NCBI GenBank assembly: GCA_965223425.1
Contig: CBDCWS010000001.1
Location: 59,098 to 123,097, forward strand
Reading direction: 5' to 3'
Length of the DNA stretch: 64,000 nucleotides
Source: Nitrosopumilus sp.
GTDB taxonomy: Archaea > Thermoproteota > Nitrososphaeria > Nitrososphaerales > Nitrosopumilaceae
Below the pieces are notes generated by a model that was not told the DNA's origin, did no database searches, and saw nothing but the letters and a program-made list of their open reading frames with translations. Shown in pieces: positions 49,773 to 61,253 of the stretch (its first letter is position 1; each line of letters starts with the position of its first letter). Position numbers and translations under genes: made by a program.

Positions 49773-51632
49773 TAGAAGCATTACCAAAACTCACCGTAAT
49801 ATCAACGGAGCAGTGGCGTAAAAATTCATAACCGATTCCAGCCGAAACTGCTACGCCTGTTGGTCGTGCTTTTTCCAGTTCAAACGGCGGAAACCATGTT
49901 GCCAAGGTTGCTAATCCTACAGAACCTGTAAGATAAAAGTTTGATTTGTACATGGGATAGACCGTCATTCCAATACCGGCTGTTCCGTTTGCTATGACCG
50001 TGTCCCGATAGAGATTACGCAAGGGTAACCATGTGACTCGACTTGTGTAGTAGAGCAGGACTCGCTCTGAAAACCCGTGTTCTGCTCTGAACTTCGTTAC
50101 AAAAGCAGATTCCGTGCCACGTCCTTCTACCCAAGGACCTTCGTAGGCATTCCCCCAATATTCGACAAGAGATTGGGTATAGTTTGCCATTCCGGTGCCG
50201 ACCCCGATTCCCCAGATAAAACCTTCACGTTTGCCGCTGTTACCAGATGCGCTTGCTTCTGCCTTGAGCGTGATTGATATGAGATCCCACAAGCGAATAA
50301 TCCTGTCCGTATTTCCACTCGCTAAGGTTCGTCCATTTGGACTGAATGCTATGCTATTGACACTACTCGTAGGTCCTACGAGTGTCTGCTTGTGTACACC
50401 TGTTTCTACATCCCACAAGTAGACGGTTCTGTCGGCACCCCCGCTTGCGAGTGTCTTTCCACTGGGGCTGAAGGCGAGCGTGTAGACAGAATTCCCATGC
50501 CTGAGGGTTTTACGGTGTTGCATTGTGTGTAGGTCCCACAAGTAGATGTTACTCGTACTCCCACTTGCGAGCGTTTGTCCATCCGGGTTGAAGGCGATAA
50601 TGTGGCCCGCCCATTTCTGATGCCTTGTAAGGATTTTACGGTGTTGTCCCGTGTGTCCAACCCATAGACGGATGGTGCCATCCCAACCTCCACTTGCGAA
50701 CGTTTGTCCATTCGGACTGAACGTGTAACACCGTTGGTATGCTCTGTGAGGACTGTGCGTTGTTTTCCAGTGTTTACATCCCACAGGCGGATGGTGCTAT
50801 CCATGCTGCCACTCACGAGCGTGCGACCATCGGGGCTGAAGGCGAGGCTTTCGACGACCCACCCATGTCCAGTAAGGGTTTTAAGGTGTTCGCCTGTCTT
50901 CGCATTCCACAGATGAATCTTCTTCCATGCTCCACTCGCGAATGTCTGACTATCTGGACTGAAGGCGATACCATAGATCGCGGTCCTTTCTCCTCTGAGG
51001 ATATGACGTTGTTTTCCAGTGTTTACATCCCACAGGTGTGAGTCTCCCCCTCCATACTGCGTACTTGCGAGGGTCTTGCCATCCGGACTGAAGGTGAGTG
51101 CGTTGACCCAGTTGGTATGTCCTGTGAGTGTTTCGCGAATCTGTCCTGTGTTTACATCCCACAGATGGATGATACCGACAGAACCGTCGTAGGTGCTGCC
51201 CCCGCTTGCGAGCGTTTGTCCATCGGGGCTAAAGGCGACGATCGAGCTCGAGGCTTTATCACTTACAAGTTTTTTGCGATGTTCTCTTGTCGTTAGGTCC
51301 CATAGGTGAATAACTTGCGCCTCCGGAGCCGCAAGCGTCTGCCCATCGGGACTAATGGCGATGCTCTCAACATCACTCGTCCCTCTTGTGATCAGGTCAA
51401 GTGCTTCACCAGTGTCTGCGTCGTATATCCAGGTACCAATGCCACTCGCGACTGCCAGATGCTTGCCGTCTGGGGAATACTGTATATCCTTGATACTGCC
51501 TGCACCGAGACGTGCTTTGGCTCCCTCTGGTAAGTTCCATTGTGTATAATCTTGGGCATAAGCGGTTGGTAGCACAGTGACTAAGGATAATGTTATCAGC
51601 AGAATTAACAACAAAAGTAATGTACTTCTCAT
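49773..51632 (-). pseudogene. Secreted WD40-repeat protein with a beta-barrel-like C-terminal domain; frameshifted (~50720) and IS-truncated
   Basis: Signal peptide and GH...AFSPDG..LASG..D.TIRLWD repeats continuing in a second frame; tail GFIWGIGVGTG...SAGIGYEF. Confidence 0.8.
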
Positions 51633-51695
51633 TTTCTTGATCTCCCTCTTATCGGAAATGAGGTTTCCGTGTATCGCTGGGGATAGCCGAAAAAA

Positions 51696-54170
51696 CTATT
51701 TCCGTATTAACATCCTCCGCGTGGCAGTGAACTCTCCCGCAGATAGAGTGTAGAAATAAACCCCACTCGCTACAGACTCACCGAGTTCATTTTTCCCATC
51801 CCAATACGCCGCACGACTTTTGCTATGATACATCCCCACAGATTGATGTCCCAGTGGCAATGTCCGTATCAAAGCACCATTTACAGAATAGATGTGCAAC
51901 GTCACATCCGCAGGCTGAGTGAGTTGATAGGGTATCCACGTCTCCGGGTTGAATGGGTTTGGATAGTTTGCTAATAGAGCTGTCTGTTTTGGGATCAATG
52001 CTAATAAGAGTTTTTCAAGAAAGTCAATGCCACGTAGCGAAATGGCATCTGTGAGGTTAATTTGCTGTGCCTGTGTCAGCCATTGTTTCACTTCTATCAT
52101 TGTAGGTGCCCCCTCCGGATTGTGAGAGAGTGCGAATGGTGCCGATGCTTCAGCCCCTATTTGTCCAGCTACTTGGACGAGGTCGAGAATGTCAACCTTA
52201 CCATCGCTATTAACATCCGCAGTATTTTCACCTGTCTGACCGAAGTTTGAAGCGACTAACACCACATCTTGGATGTTCACAACCCCGTCGTCATTAATAT
52301 CAAACGCAAGTTTTTCAGGCTCAGGCGGGGCAGGTGTGAGATCCCACAGGATTAAGGTGCCGTCTGCCCCTCCACTTGCTAGTATCTGTCCATCGGGGCT
52401 AAACACAACGCTGCTGACATGACCTATATGCCCTGTGAAATTCTGTAGACGTTCTCCTGTCTTCAGATCCCAAAGGGTAACTCCTGGTCCACTCCCACTC
52501 GCCAATGTCTGCCCATCTGGACTGAACGCAACGCTTAAGTCACGATAAAACGAAGGCAGCACCAGTTCACGCTCGCCCGTTTCTACATTCCACAGATGGA
52601 TTGGTCCGTCCCCACTACTCGCGAGTGTCTGTCCATCTGGACTGAACGCAACGCTAAAAACCCAACTTGGTGCGGTGAGAGTGTGCTGGAGTTCACCGGT
52701 CTCTGTATCCCAATAGAGGACGGTGTTGTCCCACCCGCCACTCGCTAATGTCTGTCCATCGGGACTAAATGCCATGCTCTGCACTAAATTCGTATGTCCC
52801 GTGAGGATATGCTGAAGCCTACCTGTTCCCACATCCCAGAGACGAATGGTAGCTTCCCGCCCCCAAGTTCCATCTACGCTTGCGAGAGTTTGTCCGTCCG
52901 GACTGAACACAACGAATCTGACAGAATGTGTATGTCCTGGGAGAAGCTGCTGGAGTTTTTCTGTCTCCGTATCCCAGACCCGAATGTCTCTCTGACTCCC
53001 ACCCGCCAACGTTGAACCATCTGGACTGAGCGCGACATTATAGACACTATGCGTATACCCAATGAGAGTCTGTAAATGTTCTCCTGTCTCCGCATCCCAA
53101 AGGTGGATAGTGCTGTCCCAACCCCCGCTCATTACTGTGCTTCCATTCAAGCTGAACGCGACGTTTTTGATACCATACGTATACCCTGTGAGAGTTTGCT
53201 GAGGACTGCCGGTTTTTGCATCCCAAAAGCGAATGGTTCCATCCGTACTCGCACTTATCAGTGTTTGTCCATCCAGGCTGAATACAAGACTTTCGGCAGT
53301 ACGCGTATGCCCTGTGAGAGTCTGCTGAAGTTCAACGGTTTCTACATCCATGAGGCGGATGCTCCAATCCGTCCATCCGATTGCCAGTGTCTCTCCTTCT
53401 GGGCTCAATGCTACGTTTTGGAACCATCCCTGCACAGTCCGCTGAAGTTTGCCGGTCTCCACATCCCAGACCCGTACTCCGTCTCCGCCTCCGCTTACCA
53501 GCGTTCTACCATCGGAACTCAACGCTACGCTATAGACATCATACCTATGTCCAGTGAGGGTTTGCTGGAGCTTGCCGGTCTCCATATCCCAGAGGCGGAT
53601 GGTCTTGTCCTTACTACCGCTTGCCAGCGTTCTACCATCGGAACTCAACGCTACGCTATGGATACGATCTGAATGCCCACTAAACGCTTGGAAAGGTGCG
53701 TTTGTTCTCGTATCCCAGAGACGGATAGTTTTATCCCAACTCGCACTTACCAGTGTTTGCCCATCGGGACTGAATACAACCTTAGTGATACGATCTGAAT
53801 GCCCGGTGAGGGTGTGTTGAAGTTCGCCAGTCTCTGCGTCCCAGAGGCGAATGTCTCGCGGACTACTACTTGCCAGTGTCTGTCCATCGGGACTGAAGGC
53901 TACGCTAAGGACCCATGGCTGCTCTGTAAGTAGGTACAACACTTTCCCGGTGTGCACATCGTACATCCAAATACCTGTGCTACCAGCAACGGCAAGGCGT
54001 TCTCCATTGGGAGAGTGCGCAATTCCGTGTATCAACCCTTTACCGAGGCGGGCAATGGCACCTTCGGGTAAGTGCCATTGTGGGGTATCTTGGGCGTAGG
54101 TGGTTGGTAAAGTGATAGCTAAGGTTAGTGCTACCAGCAGGGGTAGTATCAAGAGTAATATCCTTTTCAT
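51696..54170 (-). CDS. Secreted WD40-repeat protein with dockerin-like and FlgD-Ig/secretion C-terminal domains
   Basis: About 14 WD40 repeats, DINDDGVVNIQD/DVNSDGKVDILD and LLANYPNPFNPETWIPYQL...ASGVYFYTL. Confidence 0.93.
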   Translation of the reverse strand: MKRILLLILPLLVALTLAITLPTTYAQDTPQWHLPEGAIARLGKGLIHGIAHSPNGERLAVAGSTGIWMYDVHTGKVLYLLTEQPWVLSVAFSPDGQTLASSSPRDIRLWDAETGELQHTLTGHSDRITKVVFSPDGQTLVSASWDKTIRLWDTRTNAPFQAFSGHSDRIHSVALSSDGRTLASGSKDKTIRLWDMETGKLQQTLTGHRYDVYSVALSSDGRTLVSGGGDGVRVWDVETGKLQRTVQGWFQNVALSPEGETLAIGWTDWSIRLMDVETVELQQTLTGHTRTAESLVFSLDGQTLISASTDGTIRFWDAKTGSPQQTLTGYTYGIKNVAFSLNGSTVMSGGWDSTIHLWDAETGEHLQTLIGYTHSVYNVALSPDGSTLAGGSQRDIRVWDTETEKLQQLLPGHTHSVRFVVFSPDGQTLASVDGTWGREATIRLWDVGTGRLQHILTGHTNLVQSMAFSPDGQTLASGGWDNTVLYWDTETGELQHTLTAPSWVFSVAFSPDGQTLASSGDGPIHLWNVETGERELVLPSFYRDLSVAFSPDGQTLASGSGPGVTLWDLKTGERLQNFTGHIGHVSSVVFSPDGQILASGGADGTLILWDLTPAPPEPEKLAFDINDDGVVNIQDVVLVASNFGQTGENTADVNSDGKVDILDLVQVAGQIGAEASAPFALSHNPEGAPTMIEVKQWLTQAQQINLTDAISLRGIDFLEKLLLALIPKQTALLANYPNPFNPETWIPYQLTQPADVTLHIYSVNGALIRTLPLGHQSVGMYHSKSRAAYWDGKNELGESVASGVYFYTLSAGEFTATRRMLIRK

Positions 54171-54458
54171 TGTGAAGTCTCCTTCTTTCGAGAGATGAGA
54201 TCTCTATGTGCCATGCGGTACAATCCTTAAATCCTACAACTTTGTCATTCATTTCAACAAAAAGTGTTCATTTTCATAAAAATAGGATCGATTTTCGAGT
54301 ATTTGAGACGATTTTTCTAATAAGTATACCCAAAATCTAAAAGATGTTAAACGTATAAGTAGGGGAATTCTTCCGTGGAATATATTCCCTTTCCTGCGGG
54401 AAAAAAGGCTACCCACCAGAATGTGAAATGTCCTGCTCTTTTTAGCCTACCTGTCCCC

Positions 54459-55716
54459 TGAAGTGCCAACGTTTATTTAGACCACAAATCAGTAAAGTTA
54501 AGACAAGTTTTTTTGCTCAAATTCGACAGGAGTCAAATATCCTAACGCCGAGTGCGGACGTTTCTGGTTATACACCTGTTCGATAAAATACCAGATGCGC
54601 GCTTCAACTTCGATTATATCATCATAGTCATTAAGGTGAACCTCTTCCTCCTTGAGAGTTCGGATGAGTCTTTCGGAAACCTAACCGTTTTCCCAAGGAC
54701 ACCCTCTACGCGCTAAAGAAATCTCAATTCCATGACGCTTGAGGGTCGAGATATAGGTCCGTTGAAAGATATTGCACGCCTTGATCGCTATGATGGATCT
54801 CTGGGACGCTGCGGCGTAGTGCCTGTTCCAATGGTTTCAAAGTCAGAGGTTGACTCAGGTGTTGGAGAACCGACTTGCCAACCTCTTATCATTCGAGTGA
54901 AGACATCCATGAGCACGGAGACCCCATAGACGAAATGTCCTTTCAGCCGGACGTAGGTAATATCACCGACCCAGACCTGATCGCGTCGGAAACCGATGTC
55001 AAGATTATCAAGTCGATTGCCCCATTGACGCTTAGAGTCAAGCGATGCGGTCGTTCGACAAGCACCTTTGACGGAAACCCCCAAGAGATTATCTTCTTTC
55101 ATCAATCGGGCGACACGTCGATAACCGACGGTGTATCCCATACGCACCAGCAACTTTGTGATACGCCTATATCCATATTTTGGATACCGAGCCGATAACC
55201 GCTGTATTTCATCTCGCAGGACTTCATCAGATGTGTCGCTTTTCGGTTGATAATAGAGACTGCTTCGGTTGAAACCGAGTGTCTCAGAAATCTGTCGAAC
55301 TGAATAATCGGTGCGCAACGCCTCAACCATTGCTCGTTTTTCAGACGCATTCAACTCAACCAAGTCGAGGCTTTTTTTCGATGTCTAATGCCACCGTCAA
55401 CCTCCCAACGAGTTGCTCAAGGTGAGCAATGCGGGTTTCCGCAGCGTCCTGAGATGCCTTATCAGTGGATTCAAAGAGAGTTGCTGCGTTTTCAACGAGT
55501 TGGTGCTTCCACTTTGAGAGTTGATCTTCGCTGAGGTTATGTCGGCGACACACTTCCGCTTGTGAACTTTCGCCACTGAGTGCCTCAAGAACAACTGTCG
55601 CTTTAAACTCGGGAGTGAATCTTCTTCGTTTGGCCATCGGATACTCCTTTCACTTAGATTGTGATTGTATCACAATCTTTGTTTAGACAGTGACCCAAAT
55701 TTCCGATGGCAGTACA
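54459..55716 (-). mobile_element. Degenerate IS3-family element related to 27146-28394
   Basis: Same TIR type; orfA 55356-55637; orfB has several frameshifts; no matching TSD. Confidence 0.9.
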
Positions 55717-55789
55717 ACTAAAGTTATGTGTAACGCAACATATAACTGAGAAAGGACATTTACCCATGTCTGACATTCTATCAGTCTTT

Positions 55790-56942
55790 ACGCCTGGTGC
55801 TAATTAGAAATTTTTGAGAGCTGAGATTATGTAAAAGACTGTTATTATGCATAAACGAGATCTCTAAGAGACATGAAGTTGCGTTCTAGAGCCATATTGA
55901 GGAAAACACCGAGTGTAAAGGCAGCGACCTTGTTACTGAGACGCGTGCGAAGTCCAGAATGACTCCGCACGCGAATCCTCTGAATCTGAAACTGCTCTTT
56001 TAACTGACTCAAGGTCGTCTCAATGCGGAGTCGCCTGCGTCGATGCCATCGCTGAAAGGAGGCTGAGTATTGCGTCTTCTGATTCCGGCGGCGACTGGCA
56101 TATAACCGGACGTTATAGTTCTCAAATACATCTATCTTCAAGGCTTCAGAGATATATCCTTTATCCGCAAGCACCACCGGATACCTGCCACGCTGACAAA
56201 ACAGAGGCAGCACTTCACGGTCGTCTATATTGGCATTAGCAATCGCAAAATCAACTGCCAATCCATAACAGGTCGTCATCAGATGCCCTCGGAAGCCGAA
56301 AAAGCGACCCAATCCTTGGGTGGCAGCATGTCCGTAAGTCGCTTGTGTGCCGGTAGCATCGCCACTCTTTAGGGGTGATTTAGAACCATGGGCACGTTTG
56401 AAATCGCACAATGGCATCGGAAAAGAATCAACGATAAATACCGCTGCTTGGGGCAAAAATGCCACGACTGCTTTGCGGAGCGTCTCACTGGCTACACACA
56501 GATTTCGGCGTCTGCGATTGAAGCCTGAACGCTCGGGTAGATGTGCGAAAAGGTCTCCGAGATTCGCTTTGACGACGTTATACCAGGCGCGTTCGCTGTC
56601 CTTACCAATGAGTTCACCGAGCCATGCAAGCGTTAGAATATCGCTGTCTGGGCAACGACTCGTCGGTCCCGGTCGATGCGCGGCAGCTTCTGGGAAATAG
56701 GCATCATAGAGCGTTGCCATAATACGCTGGCAGACCGACACAACAGCCCTAAGCGTGCGAGGTCGATTTTCCAGTTGCTTGACATATTGTTTTAAGGTAT
56801 CCTGTAAATCCATCCTTATGTCTCCTTTTTGTGGTGGTTTACAATAAAGGATAACATAAGGGTGGACATACACCAAAGTCAAAACATCATATTTCATGGA
56901 TGTGAAATAACTTTATACCCCAGCTTAACTAACACCAGGCGT
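55790..56942 (-). mobile_element. IS982-family element; transposase 55845-56813
   Basis: TIRs ACGCCTGGTGCTAATT / AACTAACACCAGGCGT; VDSFPM, FFGFRGH, LADKGY and RIETT motifs. Confidence 0.9.
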
Positions 56943-57250
56943 AAATTACTATCTAAAGGATGATAGACGAATGAGAAAAGACTTAGAATCCGCGTCATCA
57001 ATGTTATCAGTGGCAATCCGCGATTTGCGGCGTACTCGACCAAATGCGACGTGCATTCAGACAATTGACATTTTTTGATGCATAAGAGCCCCAGCGGGAC
57101 GATATGTGTAGAGAACATAGGTTCCACCCGTCAATAAAGCCCCCGATGACTCTCACTCCGAGGCAACACGCGCATTCAGCGTTGATTCCGGGGCGACAGG
57201 TGTATCGTTGCAAACAGTGGTTAAAACCCTCGTCACAAAGGAGAACTCAC

Positions 57251-60200
57251 ATGAAAATAAAAACAAGAACCCTTTCTTTACTGATAGTTTTGTTTCTCGT
57301 GTCAACCCTGAACATAACAACGAGTAATGCCCAAGATTCCCCTCATTACATGTACTGGACAGACCCCGGCGCAGGCAAAATCCAGCGGGCGAACCTTGAT
57401 GGAACAAATGTGCAAAATCTCGTCACTGGCTTAGTCAGACCTGTGGGTATCGAGTTGGACCTAGCTGCGGGCAAGATGTATTGGACTGACAGAGATAGCC
57501 ATGATTTTAAAAACCCGAATGCTAGAACTAAGATTCTGCGGGCGAACCTTGATGGTTCAAATATTGAAACCCTCGTTACCGGCGAGGCATTAATACTACT
57601 AAGGGAGGAAATCGCGTTGGATCTCACTGCGGGCAAGATGTACTGGACAGACACAGACTCTGGTGCCGCAAATAGGATCCAGCGAGCCAACCTCGATGGT
57701 TCAAACATTGAAACCCTCGTCACGGAGGTGCATAGGCTGCGAGGCATCGCCTTGGACCTTACCAACGGAAAAATGTACTGGACAGACCCCGGCGGAGACC
57801 CCGGCGCAGGCAAAATCCAGCGGGCGAATCTCGATGGTTCAAACATTGAAACCCTTGTCACTGGGTTGAGCAGTCCACATCACATGGCACTTGATCTCAG
57901 TGGAGAACAAATCTACTGGACAGACTATATTGACGGTAAGATTCAGCGTGCCAACTTCAACGGTTTAAATCTTGAAGACCTTGTCACTGGCTTAAATCGT
58001 CCAATCGGTATCGCGTTAGACAGCCTTAATGGCAAGGTATACTGGGCAGACCCACACGCGGATAAGATCCAGCGTGCAAATCTCGATGGATCAAACATCG
58101 AAGATCTCGTCACTACAGGATTGGTTGACCCAGTTGGTATCACTCTCGACACCTCACAGCCGAACACAGCGCGTCCGCCGGATGTCCCAGATGAAAGCGA
58201 ACCATCCGTTCATTACATATACTGGGCAGCCTGGGGTTTGGGTAAAATCCAGCGGATAAATCTTGATGGGTCAAACTTGCAAGACCTCGTCACTGGATTG
58301 AGGTGGCCGAGAGATGTCGCTCTGGATATTGCTGGGAACAAGATGTACTGGGTGGACGCTGGTGCGAATAAAGTCCAGCGTGCGAATCTTGACGGCACAA
58401 ATGTTGAAGACCTTGTCAATGCACAGGGACGTCCGTTTGGTGTAGCATTAGATACCACGAGCGGCAAGATGTACTGGTCGATTTGGAATCCGGGTAAAAT
58501 CCGTCGTGCGAATCTCGATGGCACCAATGTCGAAGACTTTGTCACCGGATTGAGGGACCCAGAAGATATTGATTTGGATATAGCAGGCGGCAAGATATAT
58601 TGGACGGACACTGTCACGAATAAAATCCAGCGTGCAAACCTGGATGGGTCAAACATCGAAGACCTCGTTACTGTAGGATTGAGCCACCCGCTGGGTCTAA
58701 CGTTAGATGTTGCGGGCGGCAAGATATATTGGACGAACACTTCGTTCTGGCCCTGGGGCGGTCCTGAGTTGGATGAAATCCATCGTGCGAATTTCGATGG
58801 CACCAATGTCGAACGCCTTGTCACAACGGGATTGGCTTCCGCACACGGTATCGCGTTAGATGTGTCAGCGGGCAAGATGTACTGGGCGGACCAAGGTAGA
58901 ATTCAGCGTGCAAACTTGGATGGGTCAAACGTTGAAGACATCATCACAGGGATTGGCGCAACTGGTATTGCCATCGGCATCCCACAGCCGAACACAGCGC
59001 GTCCGCCGGATGTCCCAGATGAAAGCGAACCATCCGTTGAAACCCCAAGCTTTGAACCTGGAAAGCTCTACTGGACCACCAACGACAAAATCCGACGTGC
59101 TGACTTAGATGGTTCAAACATTCAGGAGATTGTTACCGACAAGAAGAATCTCAGAGGACTTGCCGTGGATAGCGCCGACGAGAAAATCTATTGGACAGTG
59201 GCTTGGACACTCAACACAGATGTCGTCCCGAAAATCCAGACAGCCGACTTAGATGGCTCTGACATCCAAGATCTTGTTGAGCGTGTGGGAAACGCTCAAG
59301 GTATCGCTGTAGATAGCGATGGCAACAAAATGTATTGGACAAGAGGCGAAAAAATCCAGACAGCCAGTTTGGATGGAATGAACACCCAGTCACTCATCAC
59401 CAGCGGGCTACATACCCCACAGAGTATTGCCCTGGACATCACGAATAATAAGGTATACTGGACAGCATCTCGCCTCAACAAAATACAGCGAGCAGACCTA
59501 GATGGCTCAAACATCCAAGACGTTGTAGAAGATGTGGAAACCCCATACGGAATCGCACTTGATGTCGCAGCAAACAAAATGTATTGGACCGCTCGCGGTA
59601 CAAGTGTAATACAGTGTGCCAACTTGGATGGCTCAAACATCCAAGATGTGGTGACAGATGTTAATAAACCCGGCAGTATTGCCGTGGATGTCGAGGGTCG
59701 CAAGATATACTGGACTGAATATGAGTTTGTAGGCATTCTGGATAGAGGCGTTGGGAAAATTCGACGTGCGGATCTTAATGGCTCAAATGTCAAGGATGTC
59801 GTCACGGGATTGGGAACGATATATAGCATTGCCCTGGGTATTCCTCAAGCAACGGCACCGACGACAACAGACGAGCCGGACGACGTATATTCTACGTCGG
59901 ATGTGAATAAGGATGGTCAGACGGATGCCTTGGATGTGTGCTTAGTCGCAGCCGCCCTCTGGCAGACATCCCCGAATAATCCACGCACAGATGTTAATGG
60001 TGATGGAATTGTTGATGCCAAAGACGTGATACTTGTTGCCGAAAACCTTGATGCCCCGCAAGTTCCTGCTGCACCTTTAAGTGTTAGGTCGTCTCGGGGT
60101 GTTACACCCGAAACAATTCAAAGGATACTCAATCTCCTGCGCGCAGCAAATAATGGATCGCTTGTTTTCCAAGAGGGGATAGCAAACCTTGAACGCCTTT

Positions 60201-60511
60201 TGGCATCTATCATTCCCAGAGAGACGGGGTTACTTGCCAATTACCCAAATCCATTTAATCCAGAGACGTGGATACCGTATCAACTTGCTAAGCCTGCTGA
60301 TGTCACAGTAAGTATCTATTCGGTAGATGGCAGTTTGATTCAAACCTTGCTGTTAGGGTATCAGGCTGCTGGTATTTATCAGAGTCGCAGCCGTGCGGCA
60401 TATTGGGATGGGAAAAACCAACTCGGTGAATCTGTCGCAAGTGGTGTCTATTTCTATACACTAACCGCAGGCGATTTCACCGCAACGCGAAAAATGCTGA
60501 TTCGGAAGTAG
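57251..60511 (+). CDS. Secreted LDL-receptor class B (YWTD) repeat protein: three propellers, dockerin-like domain and C-terminal domain
   Basis: AGGAG RBS, signal peptide, many KMYWTD...IQRANLDGS repeats and an NYPNPFNPETWIPYQL tail. Confidence 0.93.
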   Translation: MKIKTRTLSLLIVLFLVSTLNITTSNAQDSPHYMYWTDPGAGKIQRANLDGTNVQNLVTGLVRPVGIELDLAAGKMYWTDRDSHDFKNPNARTKILRANLDGSNIETLVTGEALILLREEIALDLTAGKMYWTDTDSGAANRIQRANLDGSNIETLVTEVHRLRGIALDLTNGKMYWTDPGGDPGAGKIQRANLDGSNIETLVTGLSSPHHMALDLSGEQIYWTDYIDGKIQRANFNGLNLEDLVTGLNRPIGIALDSLNGKVYWADPHADKIQRANLDGSNIEDLVTTGLVDPVGITLDTSQPNTARPPDVPDESEPSVHYIYWAAWGLGKIQRINLDGSNLQDLVTGLRWPRDVALDIAGNKMYWVDAGANKVQRANLDGTNVEDLVNAQGRPFGVALDTTSGKMYWSIWNPGKIRRANLDGTNVEDFVTGLRDPEDIDLDIAGGKIYWTDTVTNKIQRANLDGSNIEDLVTVGLSHPLGLTLDVAGGKIYWTNTSFWPWGGPELDEIHRANFDGTNVERLVTTGLASAHGIALDVSAGKMYWADQGRIQRANLDGSNVEDIITGIGATGIAIGIPQPNTARPPDVPDESEPSVETPSFEPGKLYWTTNDKIRRADLDGSNIQEIVTDKKNLRGLAVDSADEKIYWTVAWTLNTDVVPKIQTADLDGSDIQDLVERVGNAQGIAVDSDGNKMYWTRGEKIQTASLDGMNTQSLITSGLHTPQSIALDITNNKVYWTASRLNKIQRADLDGSNIQDVVEDVETPYGIALDVAANKMYWTARGTSVIQCANLDGSNIQDVVTDVNKPGSIAVDVEGRKIYWTEYEFVGILDRGVGKIRRADLNGSNVKDVVTGLGTIYSIALGIPQATAPTTTDEPDDVYSTSDVNKDGQTDALDVCLVAAALWQTSPNNPRTDVNGDGIVDAKDVILVAENLDAPQVPAAPLSVRSSRGVTPETIQRILNLLRAANNGSLVFQEGIANLERLLASIIPRETGLLANYPNPFNPETWIPYQLAKPADVTVSIYSVDGSLIQTLLLGYQAAGIYQSRSRAAYWDGKNQLGESVASGVYFYTLTAGDFTATRKMLIRK

Positions 60512-60524
60512 GGAATCGATAAAT

Positions 60525-61253
60525 GTGGAAGGAAAACGGTTAATCGGCGTTCTTGATTTCATCGAAGCCGGCGGTAGCAAAACTGAAGCGTCAAGGCGTT
60601 TTTTCGTCTCACGCCCGACGATTGATAAATGGTTGAAGGCACCGGATCCCTTGGCGCACCAAAAACCGGGACCTCGTGGCCCCACGCGCCTTGACCCGGC
60701 TACGCTCAAAGCGCATGTCGATGCGTTTCCAGACCAGACGCTTGCTGAACGTGCCCGTCATTTTCAGGTCTCAACGTTCTGTATTTGGTATGGTCTGAAA
60801 CACATCGATTGCACACGAAAAAAAACACTCGGATATAAGGAGCGATGTCCGAAGCAACGCCGTGCTTATCGCCAAGAACTTGCTGCTGCTCAGGCAGATG
60901 GCAAGTCATTCGTTTATGTAGATGAGTCAGGTTTTCGATCTAAAAGTTTCAGACGTTATGCCTATGCGCTACGAAGTTAGTTCAAGGCGGATGCAAAGCA
61001 ACCGACTTCAATGACTCGTTAGCCGAAGTCTTATGTCCAAGACTCGCTTCAGATCACGTCGTGATAATCGACAATGCACGTCTCCACAAGACACCTCGCA
61101 CACGAGAACTCATACAAGCCGCAGGCGCAGAACTGATGTTTTTACCCCCTTATTCACCCGATTATAATCCTGTTGAACACGATTTTGCCAATATCAAACG
61201 AAAACGGGAATATCACCCAGAAAAGTCCATTGACGATATTATTCAGATGTATA
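60525..61253 (+). mobile_element. Degenerate IS630-family element related to 20482-21390
   Basis: KPGPRGP, VDESG, IDNARLH and LPPYSPDYNPVE, with an internal deletion. Confidence 0.85.

Noticed and set aside
57346-59829. Long antisense ORFs over the YWTD and WD40 genes
   Set aside because: They are shadow frames of repetitive coding sequence, with no RBS or independent motifs.
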